Shown: positions 1-9,550 of the stretch, piece by piece
How positions within the stretch are numbered: the first letter of the stretch is position 1
Layout: the number at the start of each line of letters is the position of its first letter
DNA from: Hadesarchaea archaeon
GTDB taxonomy: Archaea > Hadarchaeota > Hadarchaeia > Hadarchaeales > Hadarchaeaceae
Direction of reading: 5' to 3'
Assembly (NCBI GenBank): GCA_029259175.1
Contig: JAPDJH010000001.1
Location: 64,001 to 128,000 of the forward strand
DNA length: 64,000 bases
The notes under the pieces: generated by a model
What the model was told of the DNA's origin: nothing
The model's database searches: none
The model's input: only the letters and a program-made list of their open reading frames with translations
Program-made: the position numbers and the translations under genes

Positions 1-135
1 CACACTCTGCCAAATCTCTCCTCGGGAGTGTACGTGGTCGTCGCAGACTGGCCAACGAGCAATGGCGGTGAGGGGATCGAGGTGGTGGCCGAAAACAAAA
101 TCATCCGGATTCACATCAACCCACTGGAGGGATAA
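1..135 (+). CDS. 3' end of upstream gene, probably a pilus-locus protein (partial)
   Basis: Frame 1 is open from base 1 (HTLPNLSSGVYVVVADW...INPLEG*), stop at 133-135, 3 nt before the next ATG. Confidence 0.6.
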   Translation, partial: HTLPNLSSGVYVVVADWPTSNGGEGIEVVAENKIIRIHINPLEG

Positions 136-138
136 AAC

Positions 139-603
139 ATGAGAGTACTTCGAAATCCAAATGGGTTCTTCTCTATTGACGCGATGTTTGCCGTCACATT
201 ACTCCTCATGATCGTGTTGAGCTTTACCAACGTATACGAAGCGCGGACACAAATGGCGGAGCTGATGGGTGCCAAGCTGGAAGCGCAGGCGCTGGCAGAG
301 AAAATCGCGGGAATCGTCAACGCGGTTCATGCAGGAGGGGAAAACATGGAGATCCGGTTCAGGCTGCCAAAATTCACGGGAGGTGGATTTGGCTATGTAG
401 TGCATTTTAATTCTCTCGAGCGTTGCGTGGCGGTGGAAAACGCACAGGTGTGGGGAACTGTAATCGCAACAGTTGGGATGGAAAATGTCGTAATGCGCTA
501 CGCGGGAGAGAACGTGTTGTATTCCGCCCAGTTCGAAAACTCACTCGTGGCCAGATGGGGAGAAGGTGTGCTGGAAAACTGGATCGAGGTGACAGTGGTA
601 TGA
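139..603 (+). CDS. Pilin-like protein with class III signal peptide
   Basis: NPNG/FFSIDAMFAVTLLLMIV: Gly at -1, acidic +5, hydrophobic helix; GGAGG upstream. Confidence 0.75.
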   Translation: MRVLRNPNGFFSIDAMFAVTLLLMIVLSFTNVYEARTQMAELMGAKLEAQALAEKIAGIVNAVHAGGENMEIRFRLPKFTGGGFGYVVHFNSLERCVAVENAQVWGTVIATVGMENVVMRYAGENVLYSAQFENSLVARWGEGVLENWIEVTVV

Positions 604-1025
604 AAGGACAGGCAAGCGTGGAGTTGCTGGTGCTCGTGGGCGCTATTCTTGTATCAATTGCTTCAATGCTCTACTTGGGAATGGCCAGCAACGAACAAAC
701 GGTTGTGGCCCAAGCAGCACGGGACGGGATAGAGAACGCTGCGCTTGCGCTCCAGTTGGAGTACGGGTGCGAACTCAGCGCCACGCATGTAGGAGTATCC
801 CACGGCGATATCACTATGAGCATAAAGATAAGAAACGCCCCGCCACAAGGCTTCACCTGGGAGAACTTCAGGGACAACGTGGTGAAGCCCCTCCTCCGTG
901 AACAGGTGCTTCGTTTTGTGGGATACGCTTTGAGCGGGAACTTTCCCGAAGCTGTTGGGCCTGTGAGCGGGCGCTACTATACCTACGATGTGGAAAACAT
1001 CGAAGTGGAGCGGGTGGTGCTATGA
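600..1025 (+). CDS. Class III signal peptide pilin (GQxSxE type)
   Basis: ATG at 600 overlaps the previous stop (ATGA); MKG/QASVELLVLVGAIL. Confidence 0.85.
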   Translation: MKGQASVELLVLVGAILVSIASMLYLGMASNEQTVVAQAARDGIENAALALQLEYGCELSATHVGVSHGDITMSIKIRNAPPQGFTWENFRDNVVKPLLREQVLRFVGYALSGNFPEAVGPVSGRYYTYDVENIEVERVVL

Positions 1026-2041
1026 AGGAGGAGCGAGGACAAGTCTTCACGCTCGACATGTTTCTGGCGCTCGTGCTCACCGCGATGGTACTGAGCTACT
1101 CCGGGCTGGCATACGAACAAGCGCGGCACGCTGGAGAGCGTCTCTCCCGATTCTCGCTCGAGCGGATCGCGAACGACGCGGCGGATGTGCTGGTGAAAAC
1201 TCTGGGAGAGCCCGAAAACTGGTACAAAGATGCCACGACCCTGCGGGTTCTTGGCTTTGCCGAGGAAAATGACGGACAACCGGTTCCATCCACTGTAGAT
1301 ATTAAAAAATTTGGCCAGTTCCGAAGACTGCTTCACGGGGATAACTGGACCGACCCTGCAAACGAGAATGCTGTAAACGCCATCAAGAAGCTGTTCGGAG
1401 GAAGCGAAAAATTCGAAATAAGGTTGTTGGACGAAAACGGTCAAGAGCTGTGGCACGCCTTTCCCGGATGGGAGATAGGCGAAAACTCCGGGGCCGAGAA
1501 CTCTACCGAGGTGGTGGTCGTTAGGCGTCTGATCTCGTTGCGCTATGGGAGCGCAATAAGGAGTACCACCGGCAGAATCGTGAGACTGGATGTGCAGCCT
1601 GAAAAAGAAAAGGAGAACTGGTTGTATTTTGACGTGTACGCCGGCGAAGCAAAAGCATATGATTGGTACATCATCGTTCAGGGAGAGCGCGAGAGTGGAA
1701 ATCCGCATGTCCAAATCTGGGTAAATGAAAATACTGGTAACTTCGACTATGAATTCGTCGCAGCAACTGATGCACCTGAGCAGATCTACCCAAATCCTGA
1801 TCTGCCGGCCACTCATCGAGTCACACACGGAGGAATGGAAAACGATCCCACCATAAAATCCGAAAACAGATTTCCCCAACCATATCCTGGAACGAACTAT
1901 CTCTATCTCAAATTCACGGCTGGCCGCTGGAGCTGGCTCCAAATATACGTGGTCTTGATTCCACAGTGCTCAGATTGGGGAGAAGCGTCGACCGTTATTC
2001 AGCCTCTGCCTGCCGTTCTCGAAGTGAAGATGTGGAGATGA
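1022..2041 (+). CDS. Large minor pilin-like protein
   Basis: EERG/QVFTLDMFLALVL class III signal; ATGA coupling. Confidence 0.8.
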   Translation: MKEERGQVFTLDMFLALVLTAMVLSYSGLAYEQARHAGERLSRFSLERIANDAADVLVKTLGEPENWYKDATTLRVLGFAEENDGQPVPSTVDIKKFGQFRRLLHGDNWTDPANENAVNAIKKLFGGSEKFEIRLLDENGQELWHAFPGWEIGENSGAENSTEVVVVRRLISLRYGSAIRSTTGRIVRLDVQPEKEKENWLYFDVYAGEAKAYDWYIIVQGERESGNPHVQIWVNENTGNFDYEFVAATDAPEQIYPNPDLPATHRVTHGGMENDPTIKSENRFPQPYPGTNYLYLKFTAGRWSWLQIYVVLIPQCSDWGEASTVIQPLPAVLEVKMWR

Positions 2042-2065
2042 AAACCTTGAGATTAGCCAAAAAAA

Positions 2066-2086
2066 GGTTGTAACTTAGTTATAACC
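2066..2086. promoter_or_regulatory. Palindromic putative operator upstream of ATPase remnant
   Basis: GGTTGTAACT-T-AGTTATAACC, 9/10 arm match. Confidence 0.5.
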
Positions 2087-2088
2087 AA

Positions 2089-2397
2089 ATGGTGAAAGAA
2101 ATGGAAAACCCGTTCGCCTATAGGGCTGAGGTCTCAGGCGCTAATTTCGTAGATCGAGCAGAATTCGAACACCTGCGGGAAAACCTGCGCAACAAAATCC
2201 AGCGCAAGCTGTTGCTCATCCTGGCCCGGGTGCCCCATTCCCAGCTCACTTCTACCGAGTTCATCGCCAAATGGTGTTTCAAATCAGCCGCCCATGTGGA
2301 AAAGGCTATGAAGGGACTGGAGAAAAAGGGAATCGTGGAAAACGGGAAAAACAACGACATCTTTTTCGCAGAGCGGATAAGGAGGCTAGAGGAATGA
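2089..2397 (+). pseudogene. Internally deleted archaeal ATPase (ATPase_2/wHTH type)
   Basis: N-terminal ENPFAYRAEVSGANFVDR motif joined directly to a C-terminal wHTH-like tail (AMKGLEKKGIVE...DIFFAERIR); no Walker A/B. Confidence 0.6.
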
Positions 2398-2897
2398 GCA
2401 GACCAGATCAGTGCGGGTTCATCTTCAGCCTCGACGCTGCTCTGGCCGTCGTCATCGTGATGCTGGCGCTTGCAGGGGTGGCCCGCGTGGGGACGCTCGG
2501 CTTCTACGAAAGCTATGGCTATCTCAGGCTCGAGCGCTACGCCAACGACGCGATGGAGGCGCTCTACAACGTGGGAGCGCTGGACGAGAATGGAAACCTC
2601 ACAACAGCCTACGACAACATCCGGTGGCTGCTGGATAACGGGCAGACCGCGCAGGCCGAGCTCACGGCGGAAAACTGGCTCATCCGCATCTTCCCCAACG
2701 ACCTGTACTTTAAACTCGTTGTAGGAGATGAGAATTCTCCCTTGCTTGACAATGTCTTTCCGGAGTACGGAAATGATGATGCATGGGTTGCTGCGTTTGA
2801 AAACGCGGAGGAATTCGGAGTTGCTCAGAGGGTCTGGGTCGTGGGGAGCGAGTTCGTCCCCGCAAAGCTCTACGTGTGGAGGTGGCCGCGACCATGA
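2394..2897 (+). CDS. Pilin-like protein with class III signal peptide
   Basis: ATG at 2394; DQCG/FIFSLDAALAVVIVML. Confidence 0.8.
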   Translation: MSRPDQCGFIFSLDAALAVVIVMLALAGVARVGTLGFYESYGYLRLERYANDAMEALYNVGALDENGNLTTAYDNIRWLLDNGQTAQAELTAENWLIRIFPNDLYFKLVVGDENSPLLDNVFPEYGNDDAWVAAFENAEEFGVAQRVWVVGSEFVPAKLYVWRWPRP

Positions 2898-3580
2898 GAT
2901 CCGACCAGCGCGGGTTCGTGCTCAACGGGATCGCTCTGCTCCTTGTTCTGCCAGCCTTTCTGTTGGCAGGTGTCGGGCTCAAGCTGATCAGCACCGCTCA
3001 GGAAACAGTTGCGATCCAGCTAGTTGCGGACAAGGTTTTCTACACAAGCTGGGATTTGGACAGAACTCTAGATATGATTTGGATAGAAAACGTGCTCTTC
3101 GACAACGAGAGTAACACCAACCGGTACTTCAGATGGCTTGCGGAGAACTATCGGGCCGCAACGGGAATGCTCGTGGAAATCGCGCCCAGCTGGAAGTTCT
3201 GGATTCATGTGGACAACAACGGGGCCGACCACTACGCCGGCACCAAATATTGCAAAATCGCGCGGGGATCGCTCGACAACTGGTTTTACTATTTTGAGGA
3301 CTTGGACGAAGCAACGGGCGAAACTCCTGACTGGGATTACAATGAACCAATCCTCCGGATCGAAAAAATTGGAGAAAATCTGAAGGTAACCATTGAAGCA
3401 TATGGAGGAAGTTACTGGGCGGACATTTACTACGGAGACGATCTGATTTGGGAAAACATCCGCTCCGACAACGTGGGAATATCGACCTGGATCCCAAGCA
3501 CGGTGCAACTGTCTCTCGAAACCAGCATAATGGATCCTAACCATGTCGCCAGCCGGACCTCAACGGTTAAACTCTGCTGA
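2894..3580 (+). CDS. Pilin-like protein with class III signal peptide
   Basis: ATG at 2894 (ATGA overlap); DQRG/FVLNGIALLLVLPA. Confidence 0.75.
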   Translation: MRSDQRGFVLNGIALLLVLPAFLLAGVGLKLISTAQETVAIQLVADKVFYTSWDLDRTLDMIWIENVLFDNESNTNRYFRWLAENYRAATGMLVEIAPSWKFWIHVDNNGADHYAGTKYCKIARGSLDNWFYYFEDLDEATGETPDWDYNEPILRIEKIGENLKVTIEAYGGSYWADIYYGDDLIWENIRSDNVGISTWIPSTVQLSLETSIMDPNHVASRTSTVKLC

Positions 3581-3653
3581 TTGGCTGATTATTTGTTCAC
3601 ACTTCTCAAGCGCATCTGTTTAAAGTCAGACAAAACAGTTAGAATGTGAGAAA

Positions 3654-4412
3654 ATGGGCGGCAGAAAAACCAAGGGCTTTTTTTATCGGATCGGAGAGGC
3701 AGTGCTCAACCCGAGAGTGCCAAAACCACGATTACGAACCCCCAAGGAGAAAAAGAGAGAAATCCCGAAACTCCTCCGCGGTTACTTCGAACGGCGTCAG
3801 CTGGAGTGGCCCGAATACGTGATGTTCAAGGTTCAGGTGGCGATACTGTTGCTTTTTGCTATGGCGCCCATCCACCTAGTCTTCCTCCGGCAGTACGAAA
3901 CGCATTCACTTGCCGCAATGATTGCGCTCTCCGCGTATCTCGTTTACCTCGCCGCGACCCAAGTGAAACAGGCTTTCTTCGCGGACCGAGGGGCGTACTG
4001 GACCTTCATCGGAATGTGTCTGGCCCTTGTATGGGGATTTCTGGGAGTGTTGAAGAGACTCGCTCCCGTCTTGAACGCGGGGTCGATGTTCGAGATCATC
4101 TTCTTAGTAATAGCGATGATTTTCGCTGTAGTGCTCGCGTTCGCAGGGTTCAGAATAAAATATGGAAGAAACTACACTTTTGGAACCATCAGATCCGTGA
4201 GGGGGAACAAAGCGCTCGTGCGAATCGGCTACGATATCTGCAGCAACGTAAAGGCGGGAGAGTACTTGGTCGACAGCCTCGTCCGGGTCAGACCCGGCGA
4301 TCGGGTGAAAGTTGGTGTGGACCGTCCCCTCCTCGGACTGCGGGGGTCGAGCGTGCGGGCGGTGCTTGGAAAGGTGGGGAAATCGCGAGCCTCGCAAAGG
4401 CGCCGTATCTGA
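3654..4412 (+). CDS. DUF2101-like membrane protein of archaeal pilus loci
   Basis: Four hydrophobic helices, then KYGRNYTFG...V..YDI..NVK.G beta domain. Confidence 0.7.
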   Translation: MGGRKTKGFFYRIGEAVLNPRVPKPRLRTPKEKKREIPKLLRGYFERRQLEWPEYVMFKVQVAILLLFAMAPIHLVFLRQYETHSLAAMIALSAYLVYLAATQVKQAFFADRGAYWTFIGMCLALVWGFLGVLKRLAPVLNAGSMFEIIFLVIAMIFAVVLAFAGFRIKYGRNYTFGTIRSVRGNKALVRIGYDICSNVKAGEYLVDSLVRVRPGDRVKVGVDRPLLGLRGSSVRAVLGKVGKSRASQRRRI

Positions 4413-4543
4413 ATCGTTCAGAAGAGGTGTATGAAGCGCGGATTGGTTTCTTTTGAATGGCTACCCAAAACGTTCAGTTTTACTTTGAAATTGAAATCTC
4501 ATAAGATTTAAAAACATTGTGTGATCAATTTTACTTGAGAAAG

Positions 4544-4777
4544 ATGGAATACGAAACAAAGATTTCAAAAGGATATCAAGTCGTGGTTCCCGCCAAGCTC
4601 CGGAAGAAGTATTGCTTAATCCCTGGCGACAGACTCCTCTGGGAGGATAGAAAAGGAGAATTGAGGGTAAGAATCCGAAAAAGATTAACGTGGAAGGATA
4701 TCGCCGGGATGGTTGCCGGAGAAAAACGGACAAATGCTGTAGAGCTGAAGAAGAAAGCCCAGAGAGGAGAGCTTTGA
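4544..4777 (+). CDS. AbrB/MazE-type antitoxin (VapB)
   Basis: KISKGYQVVVPAKLRKKYCLIPGD swapped-hairpin motif; overlaps PIN gene. Confidence 0.85.
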   Translation: MEYETKISKGYQVVVPAKLRKKYCLIPGDRLLWEDRKGELRVRIRKRLTWKDIAGMVAGEKRTNAVELKKKAQRGEL

Positions 4778-5160
4778 TCTTCCTCGATTCTTCGTTTTTC
4801 GTAGCCCTCGTGTGCGTAAAGGATCGTTGGCATTTAAGGGCCAAAGACTTGGTCAGAACCTTACCAAAACGAAAAGTGACCAGCGACTTCGTGGTTTCAG
4901 AAAGCGTTACTGTCGTTGGAGCACTGGGCGGAGGAAAAGCAGGAGCGAAGTTATATAACTTTGTTATGGATAACTGCGAGGTAGTCTTTGTAGACAGGGA
5001 ACTATTGGAGAAGGCAATCGCGACTTATTTGAAATACGACGGAACACTTTCGCTCGCCGATGCCGTGGCGGTGGAAATCATGCGCGGGCGCGGCATCAGA
5101 AAGATATGCTCCTTCGACACAGATTTTGACAAGGTGCCCGGGATTTCGAGGATCCACTAG
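4774..5160 (+). CDS. vapC: PIN-domain toxin VapC
   Basis: TTG start; IFLDSSFFVAL, SE, LSLADA, SFDTDF PIN acidic motifs. Confidence 0.9.
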   Translation: MIFLDSSFFVALVCVKDRWHLRAKDLVRTLPKRKVTSDFVVSESVTVVGALGGGKAGAKLYNFVMDNCEVVFVDRELLEKAIATYLKYDGTLSLADAVAVEIMRGRGIRKICSFDTDFDKVPGISRIH

Positions 5161-5315
5161 CAAGCATTTCAGGTGTTAACTATATCAGCAATTTTTATGC
5201 TAAAATAACCGATGCGCTTGAAATCCCGAAAGATGCCAGTTTAAACATGGGGAGAAAATCTAACTTGAATTTGCCGTCTTTTCTTCGAATCGCTTGACAA
5301 AAGTTGCAGCTTGTG

Positions 5316-6059
5316 CTAAAGGAAAGAGAACACTATCGTCCAGTACAGATCGCCATAGAAGACGCCGACGAGAAGACCAAGGGCCAGCAGGGGGGCAAAG
5401 GGCATGCCCCGCTTGAGCTTCAGGCGGTTCTGGAGTTTTCGCTGGCGGACAAGCCGTTTCAGCACCCTTACTTGGGTTCGAGAAAGCCCGGCCGCGCGGT
5501 TGGGGTCGGCGTATATTTTGACACCGCGTGGCTTTATTCCGAGCCAAGACCTCGTCCGCCGGATCTTTCCATTTTTCTCGTAAATGAGTTCGGCTGGAAT
5601 CATTCCCTCCTCAAGCTCTGTGATCCGGACGATGTCGTAGAAAACACTTTTGCCCAAAATCTTCCGCACGAGCGCATACACCGCAATCACCGGAACTGCC
5701 AAAATCAAGGAATTGAAGAGTACGGTGATGAAAAAGGGATAGAGTAACTGGTAGGTACCGGGCGGCTGGTAAAACGGCAAAAGGGCCCCGTAAGCCGTGA
5801 AGAGCTTTACATCTCCGCCGGCCCACCCTCCCGTGAGCCAGAGGGCATAGCCCAGCAGAAAGGCAAAACCCGCCCCCAGAGCACCGGAAACCGCGTTCCA
5901 CCAATCCCCGTTGAGGCCTCCCCACACAAGATGCACGAGTATCCCACACCCAATAAGCGAGTAGGTCAGCCAATTAGGGATAATGCGCCATCTCAAATCA
6001 GTGTAGACGGCGATGGCGCTTCCAGCCAGAGCCGCCCCTGCTAGCACGCCTTGAATCAC
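5316..6059 (-). CDS. A24 prepilin peptidase (GxGD aspartic protease)
   Basis: YTDLRWRIIPN, WAGGDVKL, MPFAP motifs. Confidence 0.9.
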   Translation of the reverse strand: MIQGVLAGAALAGSAIAVYTDLRWRIIPNWLTYSLIGCGILVHLVWGGLNGDWWNAVSGALGAGFAFLLGYALWLTGGWAGGDVKLFTAYGALLPFYQPPGTYQLLYPFFITVLFNSLILAVPVIAVYALVRKILGKSVFYDIVRITELEEGMIPAELIYEKNGKIRRTRSWLGIKPRGVKIYADPNRAAGLSRTQVRVLKRLVRQRKLQNRLKLKRGMPFAPLLALGLLVGVFYGDLYWTIVFSFL

Positions 6060-6143
6060 GGGTTAGAGTTCACGCGAGTTTTAATGATGTTTTCGGTGAA
6101 CTTTATTTGGAAATCCGGCCAATTGGTCTGCAGCTCTCCTAGA

Positions 6144-6344
6144 TCAAGCAAAAAGCCCAGCACCCAGCTTCAGCAGATTCTCCACGTGCTCAACCGTGTT
6201 TTCGATCTGGTTCTCGACCGAAGAGCCCAGACCCGCGGAAGCAAAATAGATGGTGTACACTATCCCCCCCACGATCACCAAAATGGCTGCCAGCAACACC
6301 AGGAACTCAACGGAGGCTTGCGAGATTTCTCGAGAACACATCAA
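6144..6344 (-). CDS. Small class III signal peptide pilin
   Basis: IS/QASVEFLVLLAAILVIVGGIVY. Confidence 0.75.
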   Translation of the reverse strand: MMCSREISQASVEFLVLLAAILVIVGGIVYTIYFASAGLGSSVENQIENTVEHVENLLKLGAGLFA

Positions 6345-6414
6345 AAGAAGTTGGTTTTAAAAAAAGAAAAAGCTTATGCTAGTAGGGTCTTAGATGAAAG
6401 ATGAGCTAACCTCT

Positions 6415-6822
6415 TTAGACCCCACCAGCGATTGTGAAAATCTTTGTGGAGCCCTTGTAGGTAAATCGAATCTCAGAGTTTTTCGGCACTGCCTCTGTAC
6501 AAGTAACAGTTATCTGCGTTCCACTATCGATATTGCCAGTACTGGGAGAAACCGAGGAAGTTATGTCAGTGCCGTCTGGTTTGTACACTTTAATGGTCAC
6601 AGCGGTCGCATCAAGCGGAGACGGAGAAACAGTGTCCACCACAAACAGTACTTGGGTATTGTCAGTGTCTGATACTTTTGGATATCCGGTTGTCGGAGTG
6701 ATTAAGAAGGATGGGCCCGTGCTCGTCACATAATATACTGCAATGGCCACGATCACTAGAACCGCTGCCAGCATCAGCAAGTACTCAGTCGCACCCTGAC
6801 CGCGCTTACTCAACATTTTCAT
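6415..6822 (-). CDS. Probable major type IV pilin
   Basis: KRG/QGATEYLLMLAAVLVIVAIAVYY; GGAGGTGG SD, AT-rich TATA-like stretch upstream, T-tract downstream. Confidence 0.85.
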   Translation of the reverse strand: MKMLSKRGQGATEYLLMLAAVLVIVAIAVYYVTSTGPSFLITPTTGYPKVSDTDNTQVLFVVDTVSPSPLDATAVTIKVYKPDGTDITSSVSPSTGNIDSGTQITVTCTEAVPKNSEIRFTYKGSTKIFTIAGGV

Positions 6823-6949
6823 TTTCTCACCACCTCCACAGGCTTTTTAAAACCCCCTTTAAAAGCATGTCCCCTCACATATGAGAAATACTCGACATTT
6901 TTGTAGGTTTTTTATCCGCAGAAAGCATTAGTAATCGAGGGGCAACCGC

Positions 6950-7522
6950 ATGCAACTTCTGACATCTGTCCAACACGGATCTACCGTGAAAAAAGCCCTG
7001 GAAAAAGCGGGTGCGGAACTCAACCGCGCTTTGGCCGAGATCCCGGGCCATATTTCAAAACTCGACGCAGATGTCGACTCCGGTTTTGCTGGGGCAACCG
7101 TCCGCATCGCCATTGCCGTTGACGAGCGCGACTTCAGACCCAAGTGCATCCTGTGGGCAAACGAGGGTGGTGGAAGCGCCCGCGAGGCCCTGCACAAGGC
7201 CCAGTCCCGGATAAACATGAAACTATCGAAACTTCAAGGAGAAATCGCCGACTTTTATCTCAAATTCATCACCACCCCTCTCAAGCGCACTTATGCCACC
7301 CTCATCGTAGCGGTAAACCACGTGGTCCCCCAGAAGCTAAAAGGTCTCCCCGGGCGAGAGCGGCGGGAGCGCCTAATGTCAATCCTCCGCCTACTTGGAA
7401 ACGACCCGCACACAATAAACATCGCAGGGGTCGCAAAAGCTTTCGGCGTTTCGCGCGATACCATCTACCACGATTTAGAGTTGCTCGGCTTCAAACGCCG
7501 CCCGGAGCCATTCCGGCAATAA
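6950..7522 (+). CDS. Hypothetical protein with C-terminal HTH
   Basis: NIAGVAKAFGVSRDTIYHDLELL HTH signature. Confidence 0.7.
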   Translation: MQLLTSVQHGSTVKKALEKAGAELNRALAEIPGHISKLDADVDSGFAGATVRIAIAVDERDFRPKCILWANEGGGSAREALHKAQSRINMKLSKLQGEIADFYLKFITTPLKRTYATLIVAVNHVVPQKLKGLPGRERRERLMSILRLLGNDPHTINIAGVAKAFGVSRDTIYHDLELLGFKRRPEPFRQ

Positions 7523-8441
7523 TCATCTTAGCTAAATTGAACACCACGAGCGATGCAATCATGAAGCCTATCGAGTGCCCGATTCCCTTGGACATCTTTC
7601 CGTACCGAATCACTCCCACCGCGAGACCGCAGATAAAGGCTTGAATCGCCACATACAGCATCCCGATTGTCCCCATCTCAGGCGGGAGGCCTCGAGTCGC
7701 TGCTGCTCCAGCCACTTCTCCTCCTATCTGAATTCCTCCTACCCCAATAACCAGACCCACTATAAATGGGCATGCAAACAACGAAACTGCATACAAAAAC
7801 ATTACCTGCTGTGTGGTCAGAGACTTCCGCTCACGCTGAATCGCGTGTACCTCCTTGACGTCGTTGGCCACAGCCTCCAACACATTCGCCAGCGATGCTC
7901 CCCGCTCGATCCCCTCCACTATCAGATTGAACGCTCGCCAGTAGAGTGGCGAATATGACCGCCTCGCCATCGCCAGCAAAGCATTCTCGAGCGTCCTGCC
8001 GCGCTTGACCTCTGCAACCGCGCGCTCGAACTCCCTCGAGAGCTCCCCATAGTTCGACTTCGCTATGTCCTCGAGTGCTGCGTCCACCGACACTCCCGCT
8101 CGCAACGTCCCGGCCATTTGGCGCAAAGCATCTGGAAGAACACGCTCGAGCTCCTCTGCCCTTTTCCCGGCTAAGTATTTCGGAACCCACACAATCAGGG
8201 CAGGGAAAAACACAGCCGCTACGAGCGGAACGAGCACTGGTACGGGGAGTGGATAGTGGATGAAAAGCCCCAGAACCGACAAAACGGCACACAGCACTAT
8301 GGTCACCAAAATGGCAGTACTCACATATTCCTCCGCCGCGAGTGCGATCTTGGTAGACTCTAACCTCCGATCCAGATCTCGTAAAAACTTCTCCGGGAAA
8401 ACCCGCTTCACACCCGCTGAAAGTTTGGCCATCAGTCCCAT
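7491..8441 (-). CDS. Pilus platform protein, TadC/T2SSF family
   Basis: LPDALRQMAGTLRAG...YGELSREF T2SSF motif; TM helices. Confidence 0.9.
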   Translation of the reverse strand: MGLMAKLSAGVKRVFPEKFLRDLDRRLESTKIALAAEEYVSTAILVTIVLCAVLSVLGLFIHYPLPVPVLVPLVAAVFFPALIVWVPKYLAGKRAEELERVLPDALRQMAGTLRAGVSVDAALEDIAKSNYGELSREFERAVAEVKRGRTLENALLAMARRSYSPLYWRAFNLIVEGIERGASLANVLEAVANDVKEVHAIQRERKSLTTQQVMFLYAVSLFACPFIVGLVIGVGGIQIGGEVAGAAATRGLPPEMGTIGMLYVAIQAFICGLAVGVIRYGKMSKGIGHSIGFMIASLVVFNLAKMIIAGMAPGGV

Positions 8442-8444
8442 TGC

Positions 8445-9539
8445 TCACAACCTCGGCTCAAACCGCTTTATCATGAACACGAAATAAAACAACATAAATG
8501 GGAGCAGGACGAGGTAGAGCACGCCAGCCGTCTGCGGCGGCATCCCTCCTCCACCTCTGCTGCTCATGATCATCAGCACGACCATCAACATGGATGGGAC
8601 TACAGCGGAAGCGAACATGTAAATCATAGTCATCAAGTTGAGCGACTGAACATAGTCGCGTAACTTCATTCGCATCTCGTATGCTGTCTCATCCGCCAGC
8701 ACGTTGAGTGTGCGTGAGAGATCACCTCCGGTTCTCAAAGTTCTCAATATTTGCCTGATCGCCCTGCGCAGCGGTTCCGAGTTCACGCGCTGATCAAGCG
8801 CCTCCAGCGCTTCTTCCATGCTCATCCCAGCATTAACATCATGGATGGTGCGTCCGAACTCTTCCGACAAAGCCCCGTAGTCAGCGGTGCTGACAGAAAC
8901 CATCGTCTCTGGTAACCCAATTCCCGAGGTCAGCTGAGTTGCCATGTGTCTGAGCGCATATGGTAACATCCGATTTACCTCGACCGATCTGGCAAATGCG
9001 CGTCTCCGCGGATAAGACTTTCCGATGGCAAAAGTGAAGAGGAAGCCCATAAAGCCGGCCAATATAGCAAACACAACTGGGAGTCTAAGCAAAAAACCGA
9101 ACACGATTCCCGTAATACCAGCTATCATGCCAGCACCAATAACGAACGCCACATAACGCTCCGGAGCGATATTCATATTCGCACGGTAGAGATCAGCAGA
9201 CAATCCCTTGAACGACGACACCAGCTTATCGGCGGGTTTTCTGAGAATACCGTAAAAGAGATCGGAGAGCCGTTCAGAGAGCGGGCGCTTGAGTTCCTCC
9301 CGCTCCTCCCAGCGCTCTTCCTCGCGTGCACGCATTTCCTCACGGATCTCTTCCTCACGCATCAGCTCCAGTCGCTTGATCTCCAGCAATCGGCGCGTCA
9401 GCTCATCCTTGGGCTTGATCTCCTCCGCTTGCTTCACAGGGATTACTCGCCCTGTCCTTTCCCCGGTGCGGATCACGAAATCTCCAATAGCTGTGAAGAA
9501 CCGGGAGAGAGATAGCTTCTTGCGTTTTCGGCGCGGCAC
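8445..9539 (-). CDS. Pilus platform protein, TadB/T2SSF family
   Basis: LPYALRHMATQLTSGIGL...YGALSEEF. Confidence 0.9.
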   Translation of the reverse strand: MPRRKRKKLSLSRFFTAIGDFVIRTGERTGRVIPVKQAEEIKPKDELTRRLLEIKRLELMREEEIREEMRAREEERWEEREELKRPLSERLSDLFYGILRKPADKLVSSFKGLSADLYRANMNIAPERYVAFVIGAGMIAGITGIVFGFLLRLPVVFAILAGFMGFLFTFAIGKSYPRRRAFARSVEVNRMLPYALRHMATQLTSGIGLPETMVSVSTADYGALSEEFGRTIHDVNAGMSMEEALEALDQRVNSEPLRRAIRQILRTLRTGGDLSRTLNVLADETAYEMRMKLRDYVQSLNLMTMIYMFASAVVPSMLMVVLMIMSSRGGGGMPPQTAGVLYLVLLPFMLFYFVFMIKRFEPRL

Positions 9540-9550
9540 AGAGGCACACC

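Noticed and set aside
983-1942. 319-aa minus-strand ORF
   Set aside because: Antisense to a coupled pilin-like gene; no protein-like features
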